This document shows positions 1-15,200 of a stretch of DNA of 64,000 nt, in pieces. Both the position numbers and the translations under genes were made by a program. Source of the DNA: Paecilomyces variotii (lineage: Eukaryota); NCBI GenBank assembly GCA_004022145.1, contig RCNU01000001.1. One strand, 5' to 3'. A model generated the notes under the pieces. The model saw nothing but the letters and a program-made list of their open reading frames with translations, was not told where the DNA came from and searched no databases. Position 1 is the stretch's first letter. Each line of letters begins with the position of its first letter.

Positions 1-1545
1 CTCACGTGTTTTGGCGACAGCAGAGGAATTCCTTCAATACCATAGGAAGGTTGAAGATGAACTACGCAGCTTGGGCGGTGAGCAGGATCAAGTGGCTGGT
101 TTTACATCTAGATTACAGGGCCTTGTGGAAAGAATTCGACGGTATGAAAAATGCTCGATTTGACGTGACGTATTGTTATGCCGCAGTTTTCTCGACATGG
201 ATGTCCAGATGCTCGATGAGCCCAAAACGCGACCAAAAATCGCTGGTTTGTCCCGACCTATATGAGCGGATTTCCTGCTAGATGCATGTATGAGTGCCCG
301 CAGAGGGCGTTCTACGTTCAAATCAGACGTTCTGCGCTCACATCAGATCTTATTGGTCGTTATTGATGTTTATTGATTTCAGGGTCCGCCAGCTTGATTG
401 TCCGAGCTAGCGATTTTAGGAGGGGGATTGCAGCATGGCATCAGAAAAATCAGGAGATCAGCCCGGAAAGCCTCGAGCTGCTTCCTTGGAAGTGGATGCG
501 ATACCAAAATCCTGCAGCTCCCTTCATATTTCTGGCATAACAGCCAAATGAAAATCCTTCGAGACGAGCAACGGTCGACCATTTCTTCAGTGGAGACTGC
601 CTCCGTAGCGAGCGCATATACTTTAGCGCCATCTTCTCGTTCGGTCGACCGAACAGAGAGGTTCATTGCATCCTATCGTGACAGCTAGTGAAGGGGCTCC
701 ATCGGAGGACTGGAGGTTGCAAAGCTGCCGAGGTCCGATTCGCGATACCCATGTTTGTTCATGTGTCCGACTAAATTACAGGGGTTATATTCTGTTAAAT
801 AGGTATGATGATAATATCCATATGGAAATGCATAGATGATTACGACCCTAAGGACTGTGTTTGACTGTAGTGATCCTTAGCTCTGTAGGTAGTAGTATTA
901 ATTACCTTATCCGGACTGCTGGACAAGTGAGCACTGATGATATCGGAAGCATGTTCCGCCATCCGCAGAGTCCATTTGGCATCGGATCGTCTGCCAGGTG
1001 CTGGTCTACCGCCTACTATTTCCGGTAAGCGCAAGCACCGGCATCGCTACCTAACAACCACCTGCAGTAGCTACGAGTACTTACTGAGTAATTACGAGTC
1101 CCGCAAGGTCGGGGAACGATTGTCGACTCCAGACCATCATTCTTCATCAATTCCATCGTTTCTTCCAGGTCTCCCCGTCTCCGGAGGTGGCATTTAAAGC
1201 TACCATCCGTCCTTTTAGACTCTACTTAATTTCTCACCTGGCAGCCCACCTCTATTCCGGGGCGTGTGTACCTTGCCACTGAAAAATTCGATTAGCTGTG
1301 ACCTTGGAATCTGTCCACTCGCTGTTTCAGGACATTGACTTATATTGTCCTCGTGAGGACCAGCTTCTTCTTGTCCGAATTAATTAAATATACAGAACGC
1401 CAATCCCTGATCCCGGAGCGTTCTCAGTGCTGGCACGCTCCCGTGTACCGATATTGGATCTCCAACCTATCCTATCTGCCAAAGCTAGTGTCTTTGGCTC
1501 CTCCTAATACTCCTGTTTCAGCAACTCGAGATCTCGCCATTCAAG

Positions 1546-2292
1546 ATGCCTGCGCCTCCTAAGCAGCGCAAGATCGCCATCGTCGGCAGTCGTTCGGTAG
1601 GTATGTTGGTTTCGCTGATCCGGCCTGAGGGCTCCCTTTCCACCGGGAAGTAGTAGTTTCTGATCTTCCTACAGGAAAGTCTTCCCTCACAGTTCGTTTC
1701 GTCGATCACCACTTCGTAGAGAGCTACTATCCTACAATCGAGAACACGTTTAGCCGCATTATCAAGCACAAGGGACAAGACTATGCGACGGAGATTGTGG
1801 ATACTGCTGGACAGGTAACATCCTCATCGTCTAACAGCCATGTTCGACGCTAATTGTTCCGACAGGATGAATACAGCATTCTAAACTCGAAACATTTTAT
1901 TGGAATTCATGGATACATGATTGTATACTCAGTGGCATCTCGGCAGTCATTTGATATGGTCAGGGTTATTCGTGACAAGATACTGAACCATCTGGTGAGC
2001 ATCAATTCCAACTCTGATAAGATATAGTCACCAGGCTAATTGCATGTTCCAGGGTGCCGATTGGGTGCCTCTAGTAGTAGTTGGTAATAAGAGCGATCTG
2101 AAACCCGAGCAACGACAAGTGACAACGGAAGAGGGCCGGCGCCTGGAAGAAGAATTCAAATGTGCTTTCACTGAGGCAAGCGCCCGGCTCGATTACAATG
2201 TCGCGAAGGCTTTCGACTTAATGATCGGGGAGATTGAGAAAGCACAGAATCCGTCTCAGCCAGCCGGCAATAGCAAATGCATACTCATGTGA
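1546..2292 (+). CDS. rhb1: Rheb small GTPase (4 exons: 1546-1600, 1675-1814, 1866-1994, 2053-2292)
   Basis: Spliced product MPAPPKQRKIAIVGSRSVGKSS (Rheb-type G1 with Arg), YYPTIE effector loop, DTAGQ, GNKSD, C-terminal CaaX CILM. Confidence 0.96.
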
Positions 2293-2862
2293 TCGCAGTC
2301 TGCGGTAGCGAACAGCGATAGCTGTACGTCCAACGGGGGAAACGGTTTATTTCATTGGAGGCCATGTACTTGAACTTATGGTGTTATGGTGCCCTTCATA
2401 AGATCGGAAAAGAAAGGGTATTATTTATGCTTGAGGGTGTTGCGTTTCAGCAGTGTTAACCTCCCTTCTTCTTCTTTTTTCTTTTTTTCTTTTCTCTTTT
2501 TATGTGTCTTCTTTTTCTTTTCTTTTTTTCTCTACTTCTCTGTTACTGTGCATTTCCCTGTTTGGGGTGCTGTAATCGATCGATGCTCTAATGCTGTAGG
2601 GGGTGTCTTTTTTTCATTTCCGCCTGTTATGGGTTTTGCCGGGTTTCAAGTGTCTGAGGTCTTTTTTTGGATGAGTGACAGTCTGAGTAATGGGATGTGA
2701 GGTAGATTGTCTAGTGCTGAGATAACATAGATATGTGCTAGAGAGAAATATTATTATTACTATTATTACTATTGTTGGTGGAGGTGTTCAGATCCCGGGC
2801 GACAGGTACTGGTCATAGGTTGCGTGAGCAGTGGCGAGGCTACATAAAGTAGTATGAGAGTA

Positions 2863-2869
2863 TGAGTCA
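2863..2869. promoter_or_regulatory. Gcn4/CpcA-type element TGAGTCA upstream of seryl-tRNA synthetase
   Basis: Exact TGASTCA about 610 nt upstream of the SES1 ATG; aminoacyl-tRNA synthetases are typical cross-pathway-control targets. Function inferred. Confidence 0.45.
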
Positions 2870-3477
2870 CTACTACAAAGTAGTAACTAGCTTAGTTAAC
2901 TTAATTACAATTATTATTTTTATTACTACGGCTGACTAGTAATGCCTGGTTGAGAAGTGGGGACCTTGCCCGCCAGATGTATTTGCAAAACGTCCATATC
3001 TTATCGCTGTCTTAAAGAGAGCTACAATGATATCCACTGTAGGAATTGGTTTCTCTCCAAGCTCTGGTATATATATAATATAATGAAAAAACAATATATC
3101 ATGACAATATATCCTAACAAGTAGTCAACGCATTCAGTTCTCTTACTGGACTCGAATAGCAACATAAAGCGAGTTGGGAAAATCCTCCAGTTAACGAAGG
3201 AAACATTTCTAGTTCGTCCCGTGTCATGAGCTTAATTGGCCTTTAGCGGCATGCCCCTCCTGTCGCTTACTGCCACGCACTTTTGTTTAACTTCCAAGTT
3301 CCAGCAGTGAAAAAAACCCACTAGCCACTTGAGGTTTACCCCTCGCTAGCCAAAAACATTATTTGCGCCCTGATCGGATATCCCGTTGCCCACCCCTCGT
3401 TCGTTGAGGTCCTCAATAGACCAGATCAAACAGACACAAGAGTATCTACCAGCCGTGTGTGATACTCCATACCCAAG

Positions 3478-5325
<1,848 letters not shown>

Positions 5326-5910
5326 GGGATGGATGGAACATAAATATCTTCCGGCGTTTTGATGCGAACGTATGATGATTGTAAATGTTGGCGAATGAAA
5401 TCCGTCGGGTTGCAAAAGCAGATATCTATCTACTACATATTCTATAGCTGCGAATGGATGGTAACCACAGCCCGTTGTGGAACGTTAAGTCTATAGTGAT
5501 TGGATCAGATCAAGGTGGCTGTAGATAGAGCAGGTCTGTTTAAAATAATTAGCACATGTATGTACTACATAGGAACTGGGATGTAAATTAAATCTGATGT
5601 CAGATATTGATATTGAACAAATAGAGCCATGACTGATGCTATCCACACGAATAATACAATACTAATATTCTCCGCCACAAGACGCTTGCGGACACGGAAC
5701 GGAGTGCGTGCGGATAACCAAAGTCTCCACCGGTAATAAATCAATCTCATACACGGACAAGACCAAGACCCCCCACCGCGCCGGTTTTCGGTGGACGGTC
5801 TCTGGTTTTGACGCAGTCAGTCATGGGCCTTATATATTTTTTGTGACCTGCTTCTTCTCCTTTTTCTTCCTGGAAGAACTAGACTGCTTTTATTTAAAAT
5901 CTCCAGCATC

Positions 5911-7692
5911 ATGTCGGCCGCGAAAGATATCAGCGTCAGCGCGAGCGAACTAGCTCGTCCGGTCATGTCGAGTCTAGGCCTCTCGATTTCTCCCATTGCT
6001 GGCTTTCAGCCACAGCCTGCGGCGAAGCAGCTCAAGCCTTTTGCGACAGAGGACATCAAGATTCTCCTTCTCGAAAACGTCAATCAGACCGGACGGGATA
6101 TCCTCTCCAAGCAGGGCTACCAAGTCGAGTTTCTGAAGTCATCGCTGCCAGAAGACCAGTTGATTGAGAAGATCAGGTATAGTTCGCCCTAGTGACAATC
6201 ACGATCTTGTCATAATATATAATTTGATCCGCGAAAGAACGACAGACTTGCTGACAGCTTGCCTCCTCGTTCTCCAGAGATGTGCATGTGATCGGTATCC
6301 GGTCCAAGACCAAGCTCACTGCCCGAGTGCTCAAGGAAGCGAAAAATCTTATAGTCGTGGGATGTTTCTGTATCGGAACCAACCAGGTCGATCTACAATA
6401 TGCTGCGCAACATGGAATCGCTGTCTTCAATTCGCCCTTCAGTAACTCTCGTTCGGTGGCCGAGCTCGTCATTTCAGAGATCATCGCCTTGGCTAGGCAG
6501 TTGACTGATCGCTCGAATGAAATGCACCAGGGCACATGGAACAAGGTCAGCAACAAGTGCTGGGAGATTCGTGGAAAGACTCTAGGTAAGGAAATATTCC
6601 CTCTCTCTCCCTTTCTCTCATTCTTTGTGAAGAAATAGAAAAATACTCTTTGCTTTTGCATTCTGACCATATTCATTACCACAGGTATAATTGGATACGG
6701 TCACATCGGTTCCCAACTGTCGGTTCTCGCGGAGGCTATGGGAATGTCCGTGATCTACTACGACGTCGTCAACCTGATGGCAATGGGAACGGCACGACAA
6801 GTTCCTACCCTCGAGGATCTTCTCCGTGCCTCCGACTTCGTCACCTTGCATGTTCCCGAGCTGCCAGAGACGAAGAACATGATCGGATCGCAGCAGTTCG
6901 AACAGATGAAGGAAGGGAGCTACTTGATCAACGCCAGCCGAGGCAGCGTTGTCGACATCCCTGCACTGGTCCTCGCCATGCGCTCTGGAAAGCTCGCTGG
7001 TGCCGCGATCGACGTCTACCCCAACGAGCCAGCAGGCAATGGAGACTACTTCAACAACGACCTTGGCTCCTGGGTCAATGACCTCCGCGGTCTCAAGAAC
7101 ATCATCCTCACCCCTCACATTGGAGGAAGTACCGAAGAAGCTCAGAGGGCGATCGGAGTCGAGGTCGCCGAAGCTCTCGTGAGATACGTCAATGAGGGAA
7201 CGACCCTAGGCGCCGTCAACCTTCCAGAAGTCAACCTCCGCTCGTTGACAATGGACGAACCCGACCACGCCCGAGTAATCTACATTCATCACAATATCCC
7301 TGGTGTGCTCCGCACAGGTATGACATATTTTCCTTACCCCTAAATCTCTGTCGACTTCCGCTGATATTTCTTTTTTCCCAGTGAACGAAATCCTCGGAGA
7401 CCACAACGTCGACAAGCAGATGACCGACAGCAGAGGCGATGTATGTAGCAGACACACCCATACATACCTTTTCAGGAGAGAGTACATATGCTAATATAAT
7501 ATGAAAAAAACCAGGTCGCTTATCTGATGGCTGATGTCAGCAATGTCAACACCGCTACAATCAAAGATCTCTACGAGAGACTCGAAAGCCTTTCATGTAT
7601 GAAACCCACTTTGCCTATGTGTCAAAAAAACATCCTATTACAGGTGCTAACGGTTGAATTTAGCTCGGATCATGACGCGAATCCTTTACTAA
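5911..7692 (+). CDS. SER3: D-3-phosphoglycerate dehydrogenase (multi-exon, C-terminal ACT domain)
   Basis: KILLLENVN, GIRSKTKLT, GCFCIGTNQVDL, GIIGYGHIG, INASRG, LTPHIGGSTEEAQ, HHNIPGVL; spliced C-terminus SRIMTRILY*. Confidence 0.96.
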
Positions 7693-8155
7693 GCCATATC
7701 TTTCTATCCCATGCGGACACGACCACTAGGTATGACTGACTCGCATCTCTGATGAAGTTGCCTGTTAGCCTTGGAACCAATTGGATATGCCACTGCCGCA
7801 TTTCTTCATGTTATTCTTGGGCTAGACAGGTGGGAATGAAAAAAAAAAAAAAGAAGAGGAACGAGGGTTAAGAAAAATAGCTTTTTTTTTTTTGTTTACA
7901 TGGTTACATAGCTTTATAGGGCCCCCCTCAACGGAAGCCCTTTTTTGGCACAGCAGTAGTCACTGTGCTGGTACTATATAGTACAGACCCTTATGTTATA
8001 GACGTCTCAGTTGAGCAGCTTATTCATGGTTCTATCTCTATCTCCATTACTTTTTATTTTTCTTTAGGATGAAGAATCGGTATGGAGGAATATAGTCTTG
8101 AACAAGGATAAGTTAGATACGTCTCCGACCAACACCGATCTTGGGCAGACAGACG

Positions 8156-10185
8156 TCAACGACGATACACATTGTAACTTTGATCCGCTTCTCGCCCTCG
8201 ATCCCTGGAGGTCGGACTTCGACTACGCCTTCGCGCAGAGTAGTCGCGGTCACCATCTCTCCTGTCACGCCACTCGGCCTCTGATCTCAGACTATCGACG
8301 TCCCGGGACCGGGATCGATCGCGCGTACCATCATACCTCGGAACATAAGAGTCTACCCGGCTGTCGGGACGTCCGCTAGCATGACCTTGCGGCAGCGGCC
8401 GATCCCGTCTTCCACTCCATCCCTGGTGAGCTGAAGCTGATACCGGCGGCTTAGGAGGTAGCCTGTCCCTATGCCAAGCAGGAAGGTGTTGATGGCCATC
8501 GTCAAACCCTTGCTTTGCTTGGCCCTCAGAAGGGCGCGCGTCACCAGGACGTCGCTGAGGAGCATTGGCATAACTCGGTCGCGCTGCTCCAGGTATCCGA
8601 CCGCCTCTATTTTCATTAGGGGGTCGCCCCGCGGATTTCATGGCCCATTCAGGATTCGAGCCAATTCCAGCTGACCCTCCTGCAGGCGCTGGTGGCGGGC
8701 CCGCGCGTTGTCCGCGGAACTTTCTGCGGTCGAGCTCGTGGGAATCTTCGAATTGAGGCAGTTCGCCTGGCTTGGCTGGGAGTGGTGGTGTTTCGAAGTA
8801 AGGATGCTTGAGGGCGTCTATAGCGTTTATCCTCTTGCGCCAATCGAGCTTCAGGAGTTCTGTAAGCAGAGAGATAGCCACGGGCCCTTGGCTGAGAGTA
8901 ACGATTAGATCCAGTAATACAGAAAGCCAACGGAAGGGAGTGACAGTAAGACACCTACTCCTTGAAAACCTGAGCGAGATTGCCAGGCTTGGACCCAAAG
9001 TTCTTTACCCCTTCGCATCCTGGCAACGAACTCCAGCCAGGCATGTTCTCTTCGGTAGGTGTCCCCACCAGGTTGAAAATTAAGTGTGCTTGATTAAGAT
9101 CGCTGTTGCCAGCAAGTATGGGTTTTCTTTTGAACATCTCGCCGAAGACACACCTAGGAACGTGTGAGGATCAATTCAAGAAGAAGGGATATGGGAATAC
9201 TCATACCCGACGCCCCACATGTCAATAGCGGTGGTATATCGACGAAGTTGGAGGAGAAGCTCGGGAGGTCTATACCATCGCGTGACCACAAGCGTCGTGT
9301 AATCCCTTTTGGCCTCACCTCCGCCTTTTCCGGGCTGCGGTGGTGGCTCATCATAAGGTCGAGCAAGCCCAAAATCTGCTATCTGAAGGATGCCTTTATT
9401 GCTAATGAGGAGATTCGCCGCTTGGGTCACATTAGTCAAATAGCTCTAACGATCTCAGCGGACTTCTAACCTTTCATATCTCGGTGTAAGATGCGACTCT
9501 GTAATGCCGTCAGTCGTGTTCCTGGTTTTGAAAGTCTCATATATTACCTCATGCAGATATCGAAGCCCTTCTAGGAGCTGTAGCATGTAGCATTTTATTT
9601 GAGGTTCACTGAAATGAACCTTAGGGTTCTCTAGCAAGCCTGACAGATCATGCTCCATATAAGGCGTAACCATATACATGCTCGGCTTTTTCCGACCCTC
9701 GCCTAACGCAGTGTTAACACCAGAGTCATTTTTTTCCTGATGACGATCACTCACCCTTGGGCCTTTCGACAACCATCTCTTGCAGCTGAAGTATGTTTGG
9801 ATGCGAGAGCATTTTGAGCAGCTTTATTTCACGGAGGGCAGTAATAGGAAACTAGAAAAAGAAAGCGGAATGAGTCAACGGACGTTTCTTTTCGACATTC
9901 CTGAGGAGGATCTTACCCCATCCTTTTCATTATGCATCAATATTTTCTTCAAGGCGAAGATCGCGCCCTTCCGTTTGGACCTGGCTTTGTAAACTTCACT
10001 ATAGCGACACATCAGTTTCAAGCATGTAGACCGCATAAATGACTGACTTACCCAAAAGTACCTTCACCCAGTTTCCCCAAGAACTCAAATTCGCGTATAC
10101 TTGAACAACCGTGGAACCGAGGGCGACCGTCGCTTCCCTTCTCCAGTGGGACTCTGGCAGAAGGCGACCCTGCTGATAGAGCCAT
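8156..10185 (-). CDS. BUR1: Cyclin-dependent kinase Bur1/Sgv1 (CDK9 family), multi-exon
   Basis: [44 protein letters not shown]; long low-complexity Arg/Ser/Asp-rich tail. Confidence 0.95.
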
Positions 10186-11592
10186 CGTAGCTATCTGGTG
10201 TTGAATGGATTTTGCTGTCCGTAACCCATATATAAAAGGGGCGCGAGTCTGTGGCTGGCAGCGCTATTGAAGCGAGACCAAGAGAATGCGAAAGACCGGT
10301 GGAGTGGCAGGGCGACAGAATGTAGCTTTATGGCAGCGAGAAGATAATCTGGGTGTCTGCGACATCAAAACGGCAATATCAGTATAGTTCTCGAGGAATC
10401 GATGAGCCGGACATACAGAGAGAAATCGATGTATTCCAGTATCCCAGAGTATTCACAATCCGACGACCTTGTCGTCTCGCGCCCGCGCTCAGCTTTTCTT
10501 ATGTGCCGTGTGAAATACAGATGATGAACACCAAGACAAGCACCGTCAAGCACTCCTAGGATCCCGAATAGTTATCCAAGAATGATACCGCCCGCATGTT
10601 AGTGGCCGCCGTCTGGTTGCTCGTCGCTCGCGGATTGTGTCGATAGGTTTGGTCGGCTACTGCATTTGTATCGGATTTGGTTATCTTTCACTAGGCCCGC
10701 AGTATTGTGATCGATAGGGCGGTTTGGAGACGTTGCGACGGTTGATCTTGGGATCTCGATTGCGCCCTTCCATTCTAGATAGGCCCAGAGCTTGATTCCG
10801 AGCAGATCGCTTACTAAGCGCGCAGGTTGTTGCCGTCGCTTCGAGCTTCACGACCATCAATAAGACAGGAATCTAGAGAGGAGCATAGTATTGTGGTCCT
10901 CTCATGAGCATTCGAGAAATCATTTCTTGGATTATCATCTGTTTTATATACATCAAGCTTAGGATTAGCAAAGATGTTAAACCAGCGAGTTACTGTGTCT
11001 ATCCCCGTCGACAATATAACTCTCAACGAGACGTGGGCGCAACTAATTTTTAGTCAATTCCTTGTCTGAGAATATACTACTACATACATTTGCAAATATA
11101 ATACTGAATCTATTAGCATGGGCAGCTTGGCTTTTTCGCATCATAACCTCCTACGAAGGTCCGGCCTGTACGATAAAGATCCGCCACTAATGAAGTTAAC
11201 CAATAATGCGTTCTATAATTGCACTGACTGGCACCCGCAGATCTCAACATGAGCGCTTGGTACATAATACCCTTCTCTTCTTGTTTCGGTCTAAAGAAAC
11301 GCAATCAGTAGCTAAATTCCTACATTTAATTCAGTAATCCATTTCGAATAACCGTAGCAAGCCGACATTAGACTATCCGGTCATCCAGTAGATACATCCG
11401 GTCACGTGATTTGTATTCGCCGGATAGCGTCTAACCTCAAGTCCAGACAAAGTCCGGCACTGACTGATCCTCCGAACATCGCGATCTTGCGTTATCTCTC
11501 AGGTACAATTGATAGCCGACAGGTATGCCAAAGCACTGAGGATTGTTTACTGTCTGTTTGCGCTTGTGCTAACTTCCCCGCGATCCACAGTC

Positions 11593-11814
11593 ATGGCTGG
11601 CAAGCACCCGATCCACGTCCACCCCCCGCGACCTTTCTATCGCTTTGCCGCGACCGCGCTAGGAGCGAGCATGTGGTTCTTCGTACGTGTGAACAAGTTT
11701 CTGTGGAGTGATATGAACTGGGTCGCTAACGATATCTGGGGCTGATAGTTGTTCTACCGAGCTAAGCAGGACGGCCCTGCATTGATGGGTTGGAAGCACC
11801 CGTGGGATCACTGA
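11593..11814 (+). CDS. Small complex I accessory subunit NDUFB2-like (exons 11593-11682, 11749-11814; 51 aa)
   Basis: MAGKHPIHVHPPRPFYRFAATALGASMWFF|LFYRAKQDGPALMGWKHPWDH*; intron GTACGT...GCTAAC...TAG; probable 5'UTR intron about 11523-11590. Confidence 0.85.
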
Positions 11815-12225
11815 TGGGCTACGACTGCATTCGAGAGCGTCCCAGTGAAATTACATGCGAGCAGAAGAAGTGCAGGAGAATCTTTTCATGGCCGTCCTGT
11901 ATATTTATTACTACAATCGATTTGTCTCCGGCTTATGAGGCCCTATTCCCCGAAGATCGAGGCACATAGATATTGTCAAACACCACATAAAACATGAAAG
12001 CGCAATATCTATTCTTCTGATGACGACAATATCTTACATATAGCACAAATGATTTCTGATATGTGAGCTCATACTATTTTGCACACCGCTGGGGCAGCCT
12101 CCCTATGGAGAATGACCACACCACCACTGAGGCCGCTTCCCGTGACCATCACCTTTTCAACTTCTGCTGTTTTCTGTGACATCCTGCAATCCGATAATGT
12201 AGATGCCCACTCAATCCCCAGCGCC

Positions 12226-15200
12226 TCAGGTTTGCATTTGCTCCAACACTACCTTGTATTGGCGTCGGGGCTTCCGGTAGTTTGGACGCAGGCGAAGATA
12301 TATACGCCACAGACCCTGTGCAAGAGCAGGGAAAATCCGTTTCTCTGCTATCCAGGAGAGGAGAAATTGGCCTATGGCAAGTGCCAGGATACATCCTTTA
12401 AACTTCAATGACATAAAGGTCAGCTGCATTATGTCTGTCAGCCACTCCGCGTGACCAAACAACATGTACGCTGATACGAGAGCATCTATAGTGACCGTCA
12501 AGAGGAAGGGAACTAATCTGTGTTAGTGAATGCCCTATATAATCCAGAGGAAGTACAAACCGTTTGAGATGATTGGCTGTCTGAAAGGCGGGCCAACGCT
12601 GAGGACCACGCTCGTAAGGATGTATTGAAAGCATGACAAAAGGAAGAGTGCCGTGTCTTCCGAGTTCTCGATACTAGGACTGTCTTGGCCAGGCTTCGGG
12701 GGTATAAACCTGCGGGCTTTGATGAGCCAATGGAAGAGTGATTCCAAGGAGTAGAGATATACCATGGCTGCGATTGAACGGCTTTGAATATTGCGAATTG
12801 AGCCAAAACACAAATCACGATTTGGCCGAGAAGAGGTGTGAGAACCTTTCGAGAGACTAGGTCGGCTGTCGGACGTTTACGAGATAATGTCGGGTAAGGC
12901 CCCGTCCAACCCACTTTCAAAAGACATCAATATTCACAAACGCGAAACTGATAGGGAAATAAATGGTGTGAACCACTTACTGAAAACTGCAATTGGTAAA
13001 ATGAGGACGAGATCAATGAAAAGAAACTAGAGTCACCAAGTAAGCAAGCGGCTACTTTTCTTCGGAAACAGTACGGACGTACCTGGAAATCTCCGAGATT
13101 GGAAGCCGACGTATATAGAAAGCTGACCGAGGTGAATTGGATAGCTGAATAAAGACTCATGTACTTAAAGCAACTGAAACTCGTCACCAGAGCGGCGCGA
13201 CCCTCCCTTGAGATAGTCAACACACATGCCCAGCTGGACGCAGGGGGACACTTACTTTATGACCTTGGGGACACAGGATATATCAAACACCCGGCTTGTG
13301 AATGGCGCAGCAACAGATGCCTCAGCATCAGAAAGTGAAATTCCGACATCTGCTGCCTTTAGTGCACCGCAATCATTGGCCCCGTCACCACAGAACCCGC
13401 AAGTATAGTCAAGAGACTGAAGTTTTTCGACAAGTTCGTGCTTTTCATCCGGAGACATCCGAGCAAAAACTTGTCCGCGCACCAAAACCTGGACGATCTT
13501 AGCATCGCAGGAAACTTGTTCAGATTTTGCAAGGGATGACATACTCTTTTCAAAAGTTCTTCGCTCCCGAAGTCAACTAGCCATCTGAATACATCACCAC
13601 TAACCGCGACGCAATACTTGTCCGTGCTACGATCAACATAGGGTACTGATGAGTCGATGGGTGTCGCAGGCTGCAACAGGTCAGAGGACGCCAGAAACTG
13701 CGGGCTAGGAATCGTACCATAAGAGTGTGCCCATCAAGCGTAAACGAGGGGTCGTCTATGCTTTCCCAGCCGAGAGAAGCTTGGGCATCAAGGCCGTCAC
13801 CTGTAACTGTGTCAGCTATAATTGTACAGTAACAGGTATGGGATCTAACCTTCAATGAAGCGAGGAATATAACATCGCGTGTCTGGATCTATCAGACGAC
13901 ATTCGCGAGCAACACTGACCGCAGTGAGAATATTATCTCCTGTGCACATTACGTTGCGGATGTTTGCCTGTTTGAGCTCAGAGATGACAGCGGCCGTGTT
14001 TGATTTCAGTTTGTTCTCGAAAACAATGAACCCAAGAAACTCTAGGCCAGACTCGGCATCGGAACGGGACATCTTCTGCACTTTCATCCAGCTTAGCTTG
14101 CGTTCATATTTTGCGGCGCAAGCGATCACGCGGTAACCCCTGTGGGTGTAGCCGCTCAAAACCTCATCGAAGTCACAGGGGACTGTGTCAGGAGTTAGCG
14201 ACATTTGGAATACCACAATAGTTGTTTGCACTAACTTGTTTCCGGTATGCATATATCTCTCATACACTCCGGGGCTCCCTTTACAAAGACGCTTACACCA
14301 GAGTCCCCGAACTGCCTCACAATGACGCTTGTTCGGCGAAGATGGGAGACGAATTCGAACGAGCGTAGGACGCCAAGCTCCAATGGTGTCTACCCGACCA
14401 GCTCGTTAGCATGATTCATGATCAAACCCTTGTAACGGCGTAGCGTAAGTAGCAACAAAAAGGGTTCCAACCTCATTTGGTTCAACACCGTCGTATCCAG
14501 CAGGTGGCTTAGCAATAGATGGAGTTATAGTCTCATCATATCCGCCATCCTCCTGGCTACGGCGAGCGTTTCCGCCTTCTTCATATGACCAGCCAGTAAA
14601 TTCAAACATTTTGACATCAAGAGGATCTCCCAGAAGCTCGTCATCCACAACTCTGAGTGAATGACAAGTTGCCATCGTGTATATAATCTGTTTCCGTTTA
14701 TGGTAGTCAACTTCCGTGTCACGCTGGTTTCGAGACGATGGGTATATCTGGGAGGGACTGCACAAAATCTCGGTGAAGCTAAAAACGGGTCAGGCTAAGT
14801 CAACCAAGAGACTGTCATGGAAGAGAGCAAACCTGGACTTTGACGTAACTGCACGGACGCCTAAGACGTCTAGTCCATCTTCTGTCAATGTTCCTGTTTT
14901 GTCAAAACAGACGACATCAAGCTTTCCTCCCACGTTTACTCTGCGAGGAGTGAGAATCAGTTCGGCACGTGTATCCAAGGAAACGGTACTGACCTTTGAG
15001 GGCTTATACAGAATATCGACTGTTTTTTAAGGCGTGAAAGTGCAAAATTTGTCCCGATGGTCAATGTCGCAGGCAGAGCAGGTGGTACGACTATAGTAAT
15101 CAAGTCGAGGGCCCTAATGATGATCACACGCCATGAGAGCTGCCATACATTAGCAGGGACATAAGCTGCTGGCCTATACCACTTACACCTAGTCGAATGA

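Noticed and set aside
1-1200. Short ORFs on both strands, including 450-632(-) with a presequence-like composition
   Set aside because: No recognisable domain, and the splice models I tried all hit stops; left unannotated.
2461-2540. T-rich tract giving a poly-Phe ORF (2386-2700)
   Set aside because: Low-complexity Rheb 3'UTR, not coding.
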